Positions 37,595 through 51,107 of a DNA stretch of 64,000 nt are shown piece by piece; the stretch's first letter is position 1; each line of letters opens with the position of its first letter. The position numbers and the translations under genes were made by a program. The stretch comes from Blastocystis sp. Blastoise (Eukaryota; Protista; Bigyra: Opalinata). Below the pieces are notes generated by a model, which was not told the origin of the DNA, ran no database searches, and saw only the letters and a program-made list of their open reading frames with translations. The stretch covers positions 1 to 64,000 of the forward strand of contig JBBPEB010000021.1 of assembly GCA_039096225.1 (NCBI GenBank), written 5' to 3'.

Positions 37595-38160
37595 TTAATA
37601 TGTTTAACAGCCATCCCAAAGCATTGTTTTTTGACCATTTTGAGTAGCTATAAAAATGTAATTATAGAAATGTTGATAATATAATAATAATAAATAACAT
37701 ACCTTATATAGAATATATCAAAAGCAATCGTCCCTTCTAATTCTATACCAGTTCTGACAGCCTATAAAAAGAAAATCATAGAATTGATCAAAAATATAAT
37801 AATAATAAATAGCATACCTTTTACAAACACATCAAGCGCCACCTCATCTTTAGTTTCAAAACTATTCTGAAAGACTATAAAAAGTTTAAAATAAAAATGA
37901 TAAAAATATAATAATAATAAATAGCATACCTTGAACACACACATCAAGAACCGATTATACTTCAAGGACCACCAGCTAGAAGAAGACAACTTTCAAACCA
38001 AGTCATTCCTGTTCAGTAGAGCACTAAAGACGAAGTCCTAACTTAATCCAAGAAAAACATTGTGCTCATCTTCTATTTGTTTGAGTCATAAATGATAACT
38101 ATATAATAGAATATATGTAAGAATAATGATACATACCATCATAATTCAAAAACAGCAACA
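37595..38160 (-). ncRNA. Candidate spliced, structured non-coding RNA (5 exons), identity unknown
   Basis: GT-AG introns 38136-38099/38073, 37929-37875, 37817-37762, 37702-37648; no long ORF after splicing; several hairpins; ANANNA and terminal ACA; ends are approximate. Confidence 0.55.
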
Positions 38161-38917
38161 ACACAATATTTAATAAATAAAAAAATTATGTGAAAATCTT
38201 TTATAAAAAAAATTAAAATCCAGCCCCAAAACGGAATTTGTAAAAAATTTCACTACATAAAAACAAATTTTAATTTTACCCCCTCAGTGGTTTCTCTTTT
38301 TTTATCTCTTGAGAGACTGAATACTAAAAAGTTAACATAGTTTAAATGTTACTGTCTATTTATAATCAATGACTATTATTTTTATTTTTGTGTTATGGTA
38401 AGTAAAATTAGGTCACTGAAAGAGCAATGACCAATTTTGAACACAATGAAAACCATATTGTGTTTAATTGTGTAATTATATTAATTATATACTGCTTCAT
38501 TATGATAGTTAGGTCATTTAAAAAAAGAAAATGTTAAATCTGATATACTTTTACAAACTGATTGACTAATTCTTTAAAAATATTTTTTATGAATAATTAC
38601 TGGTTCTTTTTATTGCTACATACTTGTAGAAATGAATGTATAAAGAAATAAGTTTTTAGTGAATCAATTCAAAGAGTATTAATAGAAATTAAAGTGTAAA
38701 AAAAAATATTACTATAAACAAAACTATATATGTATAAACCTCTTACTTATTTAGCTAGAAACGTTAATAATAAACTAATTAATATTCTTATGATATAAAA
38801 TAAAAGAAGAAATAAATAAATTAAACAAAATAATATTATAAACGAATATATATATAGTATTTAGTAGATAATAAAAAGAATAATAACATGAAATAGTAAT
38901 TAAATATATATAATATT

Positions 38918-40402
38918 TTATTCCAGTTTATTATGTTCATAAAGCGTTCGTTCGATTGATTGTAAGAGAAGTTAACAGAAGAATGGATAGAGAAGCTTAT
39001 TTTATATAAATAATACTAATAATAATAAGATATAGATTTAGTATAATAGATTAAGAAGAAGGTAAGATTAATAATAATAATAATAATAATAGTTATATAT
39101 ACTAATAGCTTCATTAATTTAAAACAACTAAATATAATCTTCTGTATATATATAAGAAACATAAACTTCATTTTCCCCTATATATAATTCTTTTATAGCT
39201 CCTATATTTTAGCTATTATTATTTCATCATTTTATTTAATATTCTTCTGTTATTGTATAGTTAAAAAAACAAGTTGATACAATACATACCTTTAAATATA
39301 TATGTATAATAAAGTGGCATATAGTAAAGAATGTCAGGCTTCATATATATATTGGGATATAAATTGAAGAGAAGGGATATAAATTAATAGAATTGCAGCA
39401 TAATCTGACTTTCAAAATCTATATATATGTATAAGTATATAATAATAAATATGAATATATGCCATTTTGATAGTTGTTGAAATTGTTCATGACATAATAG
39501 GAGAGATGAGGAAGTAGTATATATATAGAATCATAGGTATCAGATCTATATTGACCTATATATATAATAAAATATTATAATAATAATATTACAAATAATA
39601 ATAATATGCATAATAATAATAATAATAATCACAATACATACCCACAATTTGTGAGAGTAGTTGAAGACCTAAAAGGGGAGGTAAGGTGACTGTAGTGGGT
39701 AGGCAGTGGGTAGAGACGGTAGTGGGAGGGGTTTGAATGGGTGTTGGGGAGGTAGTTGTTATATATAGAGAGGAATCAGGATTTGTAGGTAGAGAGAATA
39801 GGTAGGAGATCAGAGAAGGAAGTAAAGGAAGACTATATATATAGTTATATATAATAATAATAATAATATGCTTTATTAAGATATTATAAATAAATAATAA
39901 AACAAAATACATTTCTTTTTTCATAATATTAATATAACTCTTTAATAAGTTGACAATAAGTACATATACATCTAATGTATTAATATATATAGAAGAGAGA
40001 GAAGTAATCATATTCATAATCTCTATTAATTCTTCATTTACATGTAAATAAAAAGGATTTAAATCTGGTTGGCGGGGAAGAGGGACTGATGAATTCTCAA
40101 TTTGGCGGGAACTGAATGTTTGTAATCCATCAAGAATAGATGTCAAACAATTTATTATATAAGTCATATAATCATCTATATATATGTATATATAATAATA
40201 ATAATAATAATAAATATTTACAAATATATAAATATAAAATATAATCATAATCTTAATAATAATATATATAATTACGAATAATTTGTTCATTAGAAATATT
40301 ATTATTTGAGGGGTTTTGGTTATGAATACAGGCACTTATATTGGATATACAGAAACGAATAGAACTCTATATATATGTATATATATATGCTGAAATATAA
40401 AC

Positions 40403-40459
<57 letters not shown>

Positions 40460-40853
40460 TTTATATACCTTATGAAAATCAAAATCTTGTCGAAGTAAAC
40501 GTGTGAATGAACATATTTCAAACAATATATATAAGTATTCTAAGGGTAGTGAAGAAGGTACTGAAGGGTAGGGAGAAAGAAGAAGAGAAGGCTTATATAA
40601 TAATAATAAATATAATAATAATATCAAATATAATAATAATAATACATATAATAATATATGCATACCTTAAGTAATGTATATAGTTCTTCTAGTTGTTCAT
40701 CAGTAATAAATATTTTATGTATATATTTATTTAGTAAATATCCACTTCTCTTCATAAGTCCTTTTTCTTGGCATTGTAAACCAAGTATATATATAGAGAA
40801 ACAAACGTCATATGTATTCTCCATTGAAGAAAGAAGATTTGTATATCTATAAC

Positions 40854-40918
<65 letters not shown>

Positions 40919-41078
40919 ATAGTAAATAATAATAAATGTGATAATAATTATAAGTCTATATTTACCTATATATAGTTTCTTCAAGAATAGAAATAACAAA
41001 CACATGCTTATGGGCAGCATAATCGCGGTTATTCGAGAAACACATTAACATATTCACAACAAATGGACCCATAGAATC

Positions 41079-41152
<74 letters not shown>

Positions 41153-44100
41153 AAAAAAGTAATGCAACCAATTTAGATATAATAATAAAAAAAAATAAAA
41201 CAATAATAATAATAATAATAATAAACATTATAATAATAATGCTATATACCCTTCAATGTTGAGTCTCCAAATACAGATATTAAATGATAAAGAGCTTCTA
41301 TATATCTCCATGTATATTTCGAGTGATCCCCGCGGGGATCAGCAAGATTTTGTTGAAGTTGTTCTAAGAGTAATGTAACATAGCTACCTACTTTTGTAGG
41401 ATTATTCTTTAATATAGTTTGTGCCAATTTATAAACTTTTGTTTGATAATCATATATATCAATGTTAAGAGATAAATCTTCAGATAAATCAAAATTTTCA
41501 GGGAACCTATATATATATATAATATTATGTAGATTCTAATTGAATCAATAATAATTTAAATAAATAAAATAAAATAAAATAAAATAAAATAAAATAAAAT
41601 AAAATAAAATAAAATAAAATAAAATAAAATAAAATAAAATAAAATAAAATAAAATAAAATAAAATAAAATAAAATAAAATAAATAATATATATATACATC
41701 ATTTGTTGAATAATCGAGTCCATGACAGAAGGGAGAAGAGATAGAGAAGGGAAGAGAGAGAGGAAATAAGGTTGTTCAATATGACTGCAATAATCGTGGA
41801 AATGAAGGAAAATTAATAAAGAACGAGTAGAATAGATTTAAAATAGAATAAAAATAGAATAGTATAAATATGAAAGGATATAATTAATATTTCAAGAACA
41901 GGGTATACACAGGGTGAGGGATAAAATGTGACTTTCCCAAGGAAATCGAGAGATATAGAGAAATAAATAGAAAGAAGAGATGCAAGACGATTATCAGCCT
42001 GTATAATAAATGGAATAATAAATATAATGATAAAATAATATTAATAAAAAAATAATAATGATAATAAGTAGAAAATAAAAATAATAAATAGAATAATAAA
42101 ACATAATAATAAATAGCTATATATAATATATACATCATTCTTAATAAATACATGAAATTGAGCCAGTTCATATCCAATAATATTAATCAGTTCCGCTAGA
42201 ATAACAAGGAAGTCCATATCAATATCTACAGGAGAAGAGAAAGAAAGAGAAGGAGAGAGAGTAGTATATATAGAAGGTAAGAAGTTAAAGAAGAAGAGAT
42301 AGTTGTATATATAGAAGGAGAGAAATAAATGTATTAAATATAATAATAAAATATAGAATAATAATAATAATAATAATATATAAAAGATATATATTGAGTA
42401 GAATGAGACAGTTAATCTTATCATCTAGACTCATACCTTTATCAATTATCTATATATAATAATAATAATAATAATAATATACTATAGCTATCATCAACTT
42501 TATTTATTGAATATATTATAAAAGTCTTCACAAAAGCCATTAATAAAATGAGATGAATTCGATATATATAAGTCAAAATATTTATGGTAATTCTGTAATA
42601 TTCATAGACATATACAGAACAGACTCTATATATACATATAAAAAATAATATGTATACTAAGTATAATAATAATTTAAGAAATAGGTATAATGATAATAAT
42701 ATATATACAATCATTTCACTATTATTACAATCTAAATAACACCCCAATTGTGATTTAGTAATACAGAAAGAACGGTTTCTAACAAACTATGTTAATAATA
42801 AAAAATATAATAATAGTAATAATATACAGTTTATTAACCTTCAACAAATAGTGCTTTATTCACGATTATATATAGAAGAATTGAAAAAGAGACATACCTA
42901 TAGAATAAGGACAGTAATTAAGGAGACTATATATATATTAAGAGTAACTATTATATTTATATAAATAATATTATAATAAATAAAAGAATACATAATAATA
43001 ATATAATCTATATCTTCATTTATTGTGTTCATTAACGAATATTCTTTATGATAATAGTGTTCATTTTAAAGCTCTTTCTGTAAGTGACATTAATTGTTTT
43101 TGTATAGATATATAGAATAAGGAATACTATCAAGAGACTAAGTATAAGAAAATTGAGAAGACAAAGAAGGTATTGAAATACTATTTATAAAGATACTAAA
43201 GATTATGATTATAATAAAGATGATAATGATATATATATACAGAATATATTGTTTATTTTTATATAATGAATTAAATATAGTAGTAATAGAAGCAGATTCA
43301 GTATGTATTTTAATATATATTTTAATACATTTGTAAACTATAGAATAATAATAATATAATAAAAGGATAAAAGGTAATTATAATAATATATATAGTGTAT
43401 ATATATGGTTTTCTATAGATTCAATAAGACAGATACATAATAAATTTCTATAAAAACTCACTATTTCTGTTAGCTTGTTCATTTGAATATACCTGTAAAG
43501 TATTATTTAATTAATATATATATATACTATTATTATAAATTTTGTTAAAAAAACATCTTTCTTTTGTATCTTACTTTTTATTATTTTTGTATATAATAAT
43601 ATTATTTAAAAACCTAAATATAAATAAATATAAATATATTCATATATATTAAATAAAAAATGTATATATATGTATATATTCTTCTTAATAATAAAAAAGT
43701 ATACATATATACCATCATATTCAATTAAAATTGTTTTAAACATCATTTGTTAATTAAAAATTTCCTATATAAACCATAAATAAGATAAAAACTATTATAA
43801 AAAATATATTATTAAAAAAATATTATTAATAATTAAAAGTAATATATATATATATAATAAAATATTGAACTATAGAACTAACTGTAAATATACAATAAAA
43901 TAACTATATTCAGTATATTTAAAGTTAATATAATTAGAATAGCATTGTAAAATAATATAAATTAAATAAAAAACAAAATTAAATAAAAAATATATATGTA
44001 TAAATATTTACCTATAAGAATTTTTGTATTTGTTTTTGTTTCTTAATTTTGAATATTTAATAACCCAAGATGACATTATTGTAGTATATTTAATATCCTA

Positions 44101-44509
44101 AATTAAAATAAATAAATAATATAAAATAATAAATATATACAAAAAAAAATGATCTCCCATTCTCTCCCATTTTGAATTTCTTGAATTTATTTTGATTTGA
44201 AACTGTTCATATACCTTTTCAGAGTACCTTGAATCATTCCAATTATCAATAACCTATATAAAAATAATAATAATTATCAACATTTACAATACTTAGTTTA
44301 GCATACTTCTGACTACTTTATCACAATTGAATCACTGTCTAATAGCTTCAGGTACTGTCAATAACCTATAAATACAAATAAATATGAATATAATTGCATA
44401 ATTAAGTTTTTGAGTTTCAAATAAAAAGAAAATATTAATACTACAGAGATGATATATACTTCCTGAGATAGCTAGAATAAAAAATAAAATATAAATACTA
44501 ATAATTCAT
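38918..44509 (-). CDS. XPOT: Exportin-T (tRNA exportin, Los1-like); boundaries approximate, several apparent frameshifts
   Basis: IIDKGMSLDDKINCL, DMDFLVILAELINIIGYEL, WRYIEALYHLISVFGD, HVFVISILEETIYRY and GLQCQEKGLMKRSGYLLNKY match exportin-T segments in order. Confidence 0.7.
41561..41685 (+). repeat. (AAAAT)n pentanucleotide microsatellite in an exportin-T intron
   Basis: Direct reading. Confidence 0.95.
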
Positions 44510-45371
44510 TCAGAATATGTATTTAAAATGCTGCTTTTTTTTATAAGAAAATAAAGTTAATTTTTTTTATAAGAAATTTACAGTGTAATTCTTTTAATAC
44601 AAAGTCAGTCGCCACTGAATTTTCTTAAAACAGAAAAAGTCTGCCTACTATTTAACTTTAGATTATAAAAATCATTGAATTATTATAAATGGATTTATTG
44701 ATAAAACTATTAATTATATTTGTTTGTACCGTTTTGAATGAAGAAGAATTTGTGTATAGAATGTTATTCATTAACTTTAATAAGAATAAAAAGGAAAAAA
44801 AAGCTAATTTGTTAAAAATATTTTTTTTGATATCCTTAAATAAAGTATTCATATAATGTGTCTACCAAGTATTCTAAGCACAGTCAAATGCAAATTATTC
44901 AACAAGAAGATAATTAAGAAAATGTTGATATAATCGTAGTATTCTTTTTAATTTTATTTAAGGTTCTTCTAACTGTCCTCATCAAAATAAACCCAGTAGA
45001 CACCTATATTCAACAGTTTAATACAATATTTTTCCATCACCATTAACTAGTTGTTTCTATAACATTTTCACATCAATTACAAGTATCATCGACTTTCCAA
45101 ACAATATATATTATTCATATTAAAAATTATATACTCTAATACAAAATAATTAAAAAAATGTAATGTTGTGTTTGCTTTTTATAAAAAAATACACAAAATG
45201 AGTATCAAGCGCCACTTGGTGGTCAGAAAGTCGAGGTAAAAAAAGATTTAAGAGCGTGTTCATTTTTTTTGGCGCTTAGGGGTACCACCAAATGGGGCTA
45301 CACGGGAAAAACCTGCCTACAGGTGTTTTTTTCTTTTTTTTTTAAACTATATTTTCGTTTTAAATTCAATT

Positions 45372-46365
45372 ATGACATTTCATATCAAGGTCTTATCGCT
45401 CTTTAGTCTGCTTATAACAGTATGTATTGTTTTTCTATGGTCATTTAATCAAATAAAGTTTAGATTACTCAGTGTAAATCCCAAGATTCTCTTCAATGTA
45501 TTTATATCATATTTAAAATGATCTATACAATGTAGATTCACTTCAAGTTGATGAATATTTACATAATATCTCAATTCATTTTGACGAAGAAATGGAGTAT
45601 ACTCTTTATTAATACTTGTTTTATGTCAATTATGATGTGGTAAACATTTATTCTATTTACATATAGATTTGAACTTCAAGGACTTCTTCCAAATCAGAAG
45701 TATAATGTGTTAGTTTCATATCCTGGATCAATTCCTGCTCGATTTGTCACATTCCTAGAACCTAGAGATGATAATGATAATGAAACAGTTTGTGATCAAG
45801 ATTCTCGAAAGTTATTAGATACAACTCAATTGTTTTTTTATACTGATGAAAATACCATTCCGTATCAAATTAATTCTGACGATCATAAAGTATGAATTGA
45901 ATACTATGTTTCATATATAATAATAATAAACTATAGATTCTATATAATAATGTATTACATTTACAAGTACATAAACTATCTCCTTCTTATCATAATATAT
46001 ATGATCATGAACCAAGGTATATATATATTATGTTTATTATTATAAAAATATAAAAAATATTACTATTATATATATATATATATGATAAAAATGAAAATCT
46101 GTTATTCTATGATATATATAGAGTATTTTCAATTCTTCTACAATCTACCGTATTGAATATACCTCGAAATATATATAAGGATATTAGTATATATAATTAT
46201 TATTATCAATTAATATATCATATTAATACCGATATAACTATATACTATAACTATAACTATATATATATATTTTATATAGTTTTATTAATCATTGAAGGTA
46301 GTCTATCAATTCTTATTATTATGATTTCTATTCGATATTTACCTGTATTCAAATATATGGTATAA
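45372..46365 (+). CDS. Uncharacterised single-pass membrane protein (signal peptide + C-terminal TM)
   Basis: Seven exons splice in frame; FELQGLLPNQKYNVLVSYPGSIPARF...RKLLDTTQLFF resembles a conserved uncharacterised eukaryotic family; TAA ends at 46365. Confidence 0.75.
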
Positions 46366-46689
46366 GTAGTATCTATTCATATAAATGATCGTATATCTAG
46401 AAATATTAGCCTGTTTTTATTGTAGAATATGTCTCTATTTTTTTTTCATTTTATTTCTGTCTTTTAAAACACTTCGCATGGATTTTATTTGTTTATATAC
46501 ACAATTATAAATTTAGTTTTTTTAATATTTTTTTAATCTTCAAAAATATTATTTACAATATAATAAATAAATAATAATTATACTACAATTAACGAACAAA
46601 ACTATAAGTCATTTTGTTTTTTATTTATTCATACACAATATATATTTATATTTTAGTTATTCTTTTCTTTTTTTTAATTTCAACTTATA

Positions 46690-47282
46690 TTAATTATCTA
46701 ATCCATATTCTTTTCTGAAATTATCACGCGCAATCTTTGCTAATTCAGGATTCACAATACCTGTTGTAGGATCTGTTCCTAATCGTCTTCTAAATAATAA
46801 AATATTTGGCTCAGGTCTATATAAATAAATAAATAATTCATTAATATAATAAATAATCTATTAATATAATAAATAAATAAATAGTTCATTATAATAAACA
46901 ATCCATTATTTCATGAATATAATAAATAATCCATTAATATATAATAAATAAACAATCCATTATTATAATATAAACAATCCATTATTTCATGAATATAATA
47001 AATAAATAGTACATATAAAAATAAAATACCTATGACTTCCATAATGTTCCCAACCTAAACTCATCTTTATACCTAGACCTCTCCATTCAGCCTCACTTAA
47101 TAATTTACCTTTAGGAACTTGATATGCTAAATCTTTTGGTAAAATAACATGACTATAAAAATAAAAAAAAAAAGAATAGTGTATAGAAAACAAACAAATA
47201 AATCAAAATGAGCATACCGATATTCATATTCCTCATCGTAATATTTATCTGAGTAATCAATAGACGACGCTTGTGATGACAT
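46690..47282 (-). CDS. CKS1: Cyclin-dependent kinase regulatory subunit Cks1/Suc1
   Basis: IDYSDKYYDEEYEYR|HVILPK..LLSEAEWRGLGIKMSLGWEHY..HR|PEPNILLFRR. Confidence 0.97.
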
Positions 47283-47882
47283 GAGCTCTATATACAATAT
47301 ATTGAGAATTGTTTATATTATTATATAGATGCGATGTATGTGATATAAAAATAGCAAACTACTTTGATCAATTCGAAGAAATAGACAACTTAATTTATCA
47401 ATAAATGAATGAAAAATAGTCTTGGAACTTCAGAATTTTCTCCCTCGTAAATTTTTTTTTATGTTTTTTGCCATTTTTTTTACTAATTATTTTATTCTAG
47501 TTAAAGGATCTATAATGACTTATATTTTCAATAAAAATATGTTATATGAGCAGTGAATCATCTTTTATATTTTTATTAAGTATCAAGTTCATTCACAAAG
47601 GTTTGAGAATTCCTGATATGATTAATTGAAGATCCTATTTGAATGCCTTAGACTGTTTAAAACATATTTAGAGTTTGAACAGTATTTTTAAAGTGCTATT
47701 ATAGAATTTGTCTCTTAGGATACTTATGAATTTGACCAATTTCCGTTAGTTGATTTATTAATGTGTTTAACTCGTTATACAAAATGTTTCTTTATATTAA
47801 AAAACGATCATAATCATTTTAATATACAAAAACTTTTTAAAAATATGAGACACATGTATGCAAATAAGAAAAAGATATACAA

Positions 47883-47956
47883 GCTCGCATAGCTCAGTCG
47901 GTCAGAGCACCGTGCTAATAACGCGGGGGTCGCCGGTTCGATCCCGGTTGTGAGCA
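47883..47956 (+). tRNA. tRNA-Ile (anticodon AAT)
   Basis: GCTCGCA/TGTGAGC acceptor stem, TAGCTCAGTCGGTCAGAGC D-arm, CCGTG-CTAATAA-CGCGG anticodon arm, GGTTCGATCC T-arm. Confidence 0.97.
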
Positions 47957-48236
47957 ATCTTTTGAATAATTTTCATTATTGTTTTTTTAAATTTTTTTCA
48001 TCAATTTAGAACATAGTTTACTCTCGAATGATGTGTGATTGGAGTCTATAAAGATAAAATATTGATATCCAAGTTGATATTCATTAATTTTGTTAAAAAT
48101 GATAAAACGAGAATGTTCATTGCTTAACCAAACTAACATAACACAGATTTATTACACCATATCAATAATCTATAGAGCATTTCTAGATTATACTAGCGTT
48201 TTAAATTGAAAGATCCTATTTTACATATATAAACAC

Positions 48237-48244
48237 AACAAACA
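48237..48244 (-). promoter_or_regulatory. TGTTTGTT Blastocystis-type polyadenylation element
   Basis: TAG-atatt-TGTTTGTT on the minus strand, 5 nt after the WW gene stop. Confidence 0.5.
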
Positions 48245-48249
48245 AATAT

Positions 48250-48860
48250 CTATTCTTCTTTCTCTTGAAGGTTGATTTCAGGTTTTTCCCATTGAACCTA
48301 GCGAAATAAAATAATATATATATATATATTAGTTTGATTATAAGAAATAAGTAATAAACATAAAAATACTTTGTTATTTAGTTGATTCCAATAGTATATA
48401 TGATATGTTTTAATATCAACACAGGACACCCAATTATCTAGATACGAGATAAATTATAATTGCAATTAAACTAGACGATAATAACAATAAAAATCAAGCT
48501 ACCTTTTTCTTTTTGAACATTTGAATTGTTTATTTTTTCAGAGTCATTTGAAACAATACTTTCTGAACTAGATTCTTCATCAGAATCATAGGAAGCATAG
48601 GAGAATAAATTGACTGAACTGTTTTTATTTGCATTTTGGGAATTGTCAATTTGAGTTGTATTTGTTTCAGCTATAATGAGTATAATATATTTAAAACAAT
48701 TTTTTTGTGATCAGTGAGTAATAAAATTTAACATATTAAATACAGTGAATAACGATTTGATTTAGAGTGTCTTGTGGGATTCCATTAGGATTAGCTAATA
48801 AGTATAGAGTTTATTTGAGATATAGGAAATACATGTAGAGAAGTGAGTTCGTTTTCCCAT
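48250..48860 (-). CDS. Small WW-domain protein
   Basis: Five exons; DNWVSCVDIKTYHIYYWNQLNNK|VQWEKP; acidic YASYDSDEE patch; TAG at 48250-48252. Confidence 0.8.
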
Positions 48861-49151
48861 TAAGAAATATTAAATTATTATTTTTTTACGTGTTAGAAAA
48901 GACTTATTGTTAGACTTGCATAATGAATAAGAAAAACAAAACGATTCTAATAACGATAGTGCGTGCGAATTAAACAGATTTTATATATTGAATGAAAGAA
49001 AAATAAAACAAAAAATAGAAATAAATGTATATAATTAGAAGAAATAGCGTATAGATTACATTTCTCTCTATATATATTTTTATTAATTCTATTTCTGTAA
49101 TATACTAATTATAGAATCTTTTTAATGCTAACAATTCTAATACTATTCTAT

Positions 49152-49483
49152 TTATTCCATAAAACAGCTATTTGGTCCAGAAGGATCAGAACGTCCATCT
49201 TTATAAGTAGGAGAAGCAGGAATAGATCTCCAGTTCATAAGACAACGTTGATAAGCTATACGACCGTTAGCTTCTTCAACATTTAATAACTCAGGATTGG
49301 TCCAAAGACGCTCAGCAGCTGCAGCAGCACGTGGCCAAATAACACGTTCAACAGCAGAGATATCAGCTTTTTCTCCCCACATACATACTTCTCCTCCTAA
49401 AACCATCTTTAATTGTTCAGGATCAGTTATACCCTCAATACTATATAGATATCAATTATATTAATTAGTTTAATATATGCATA

Positions 49484-49523
<40 letters not shown>

Positions 49524-50425
49524 CCTATATATAAAGTTAGCGTTATAGATGAGCTCCCAATGTTCCCATAATTGAGGTAAATACCATTGATAATAATTAC
49601 TGAATATACCTCTATAACCACTCTCGACCACCTTCTTCATATGCTGTTTATTACCTAACCATAACTATATATAATATTATAGTATATACTAATAATAATA
49701 ATAATATAATATATAATAATAATAATATAATAATAATATAATATATATATATATACTTCAATAATGCTATCTTTAGGTACGTTAAGTCCACTATTATATA
49801 CTTCTTCCCAATATACAGCTTGACGGCTGTATTTCTTAACTATTTCATATACCTATAGAATTATATATATATTAATACTTATAAATATCGAATAATAAAA
49901 TGGACATATAAAAAAGTATATGATGAATAATAGTATATATATACTCTATTAACAAAATAACTATAGGTATCTTTAATAGTATATCCTTTTTCCTTCATCC
50001 AATCAGCAATTTCAGGAGTATTCTTCCAACAACCAGTATCAACTTATATATATGTAATAATAATAATATATATATAAATATAAATATATAAAAATATATA
50101 TAAATATATATGTAATAATAATATATATATATATACTTCATCACCACCAATATGGAAATAAGCCTCAGGGAAACGATCCACAATATAATAATAAATATAA
50201 TAAATATAATAAATATAATAATAAATATATAACGATAATAAATATAATAAATATAATGATAATGATATACCAATAGATTTAATAATTAATTCAATAACTT
50301 CAAAAGTATGTTCATTTGTAGGATTCAGAGGAGTTAAGCAAGTTTCAGAAGGGCATATACTAGGATCTGATTTACACCAAATAGCAGCATGTCCAGGAAC
50401 ATCGATTTCGGGAAGTACACGAATA

Positions 50426-50465
<40 letters not shown>

Positions 50466-50711
50466 TATTAATAGAGTTCTATATACCTCTTTGACGAGCA
50501 TATTCAACAACTTCTTCAGTATCTTCCTATATATATATTAATAATAATAATAAAAATATATATGTATATATATACAAGTGAATAACGTTCATAAGCAGAG
50601 AAAGAAGAAGGGAACATATCAATACCCTCTATTTCCATAGGGAATGATTGTTCATCAGATATATGCCAATGGAGAACGTTTAGTTTATAATAAGACATAT
50701 TATCAATAAGC

Positions 50712-50756
<45 letters not shown>

Positions 50757-51022
50757 GAATACATATATACAGATTTAATGCCTTTTACAGGAAGGAAATG
50801 ACGGGACGAATCAATCATAACACCACGGAAAGAGAAGAAAGGTTTATCTTGAATACTCCAAGGGGCATGTTTAATAACATACTGATGTTCTGATGGCTTA
50901 TATTGTACCAACTGAGATAACGTATGTAAAGCATGATAATAACCATAAATGCATTGAGAATGAATAGTAATAACATCAGAATCTTCAGGAATTTCGAGAG
51001 AATAAGATTCATCAACATCTTG

Positions 51023-51107
<85 letters not shown>

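Noticed and set aside
37648-37945. CRISPR-like repeat-spacer array
   Set aside because: The repeats are spliceosomal intron 5' ends in a eukaryote, and there are no cas genes.
45220-45305. RNase MRP-like words GAAAGTC and AAATGGGGCTAC
   Set aside because: The two P4 strands are not complementary and the span is too short.
37139-45325. CAC...GTG 19-bp inverted repeats as termini of a CACTA/Transib-like transposon
   Set aside because: The interior holds exportin-T and no transposase, a third internal copy exists, and the apparent TTT target duplication is uninformative.
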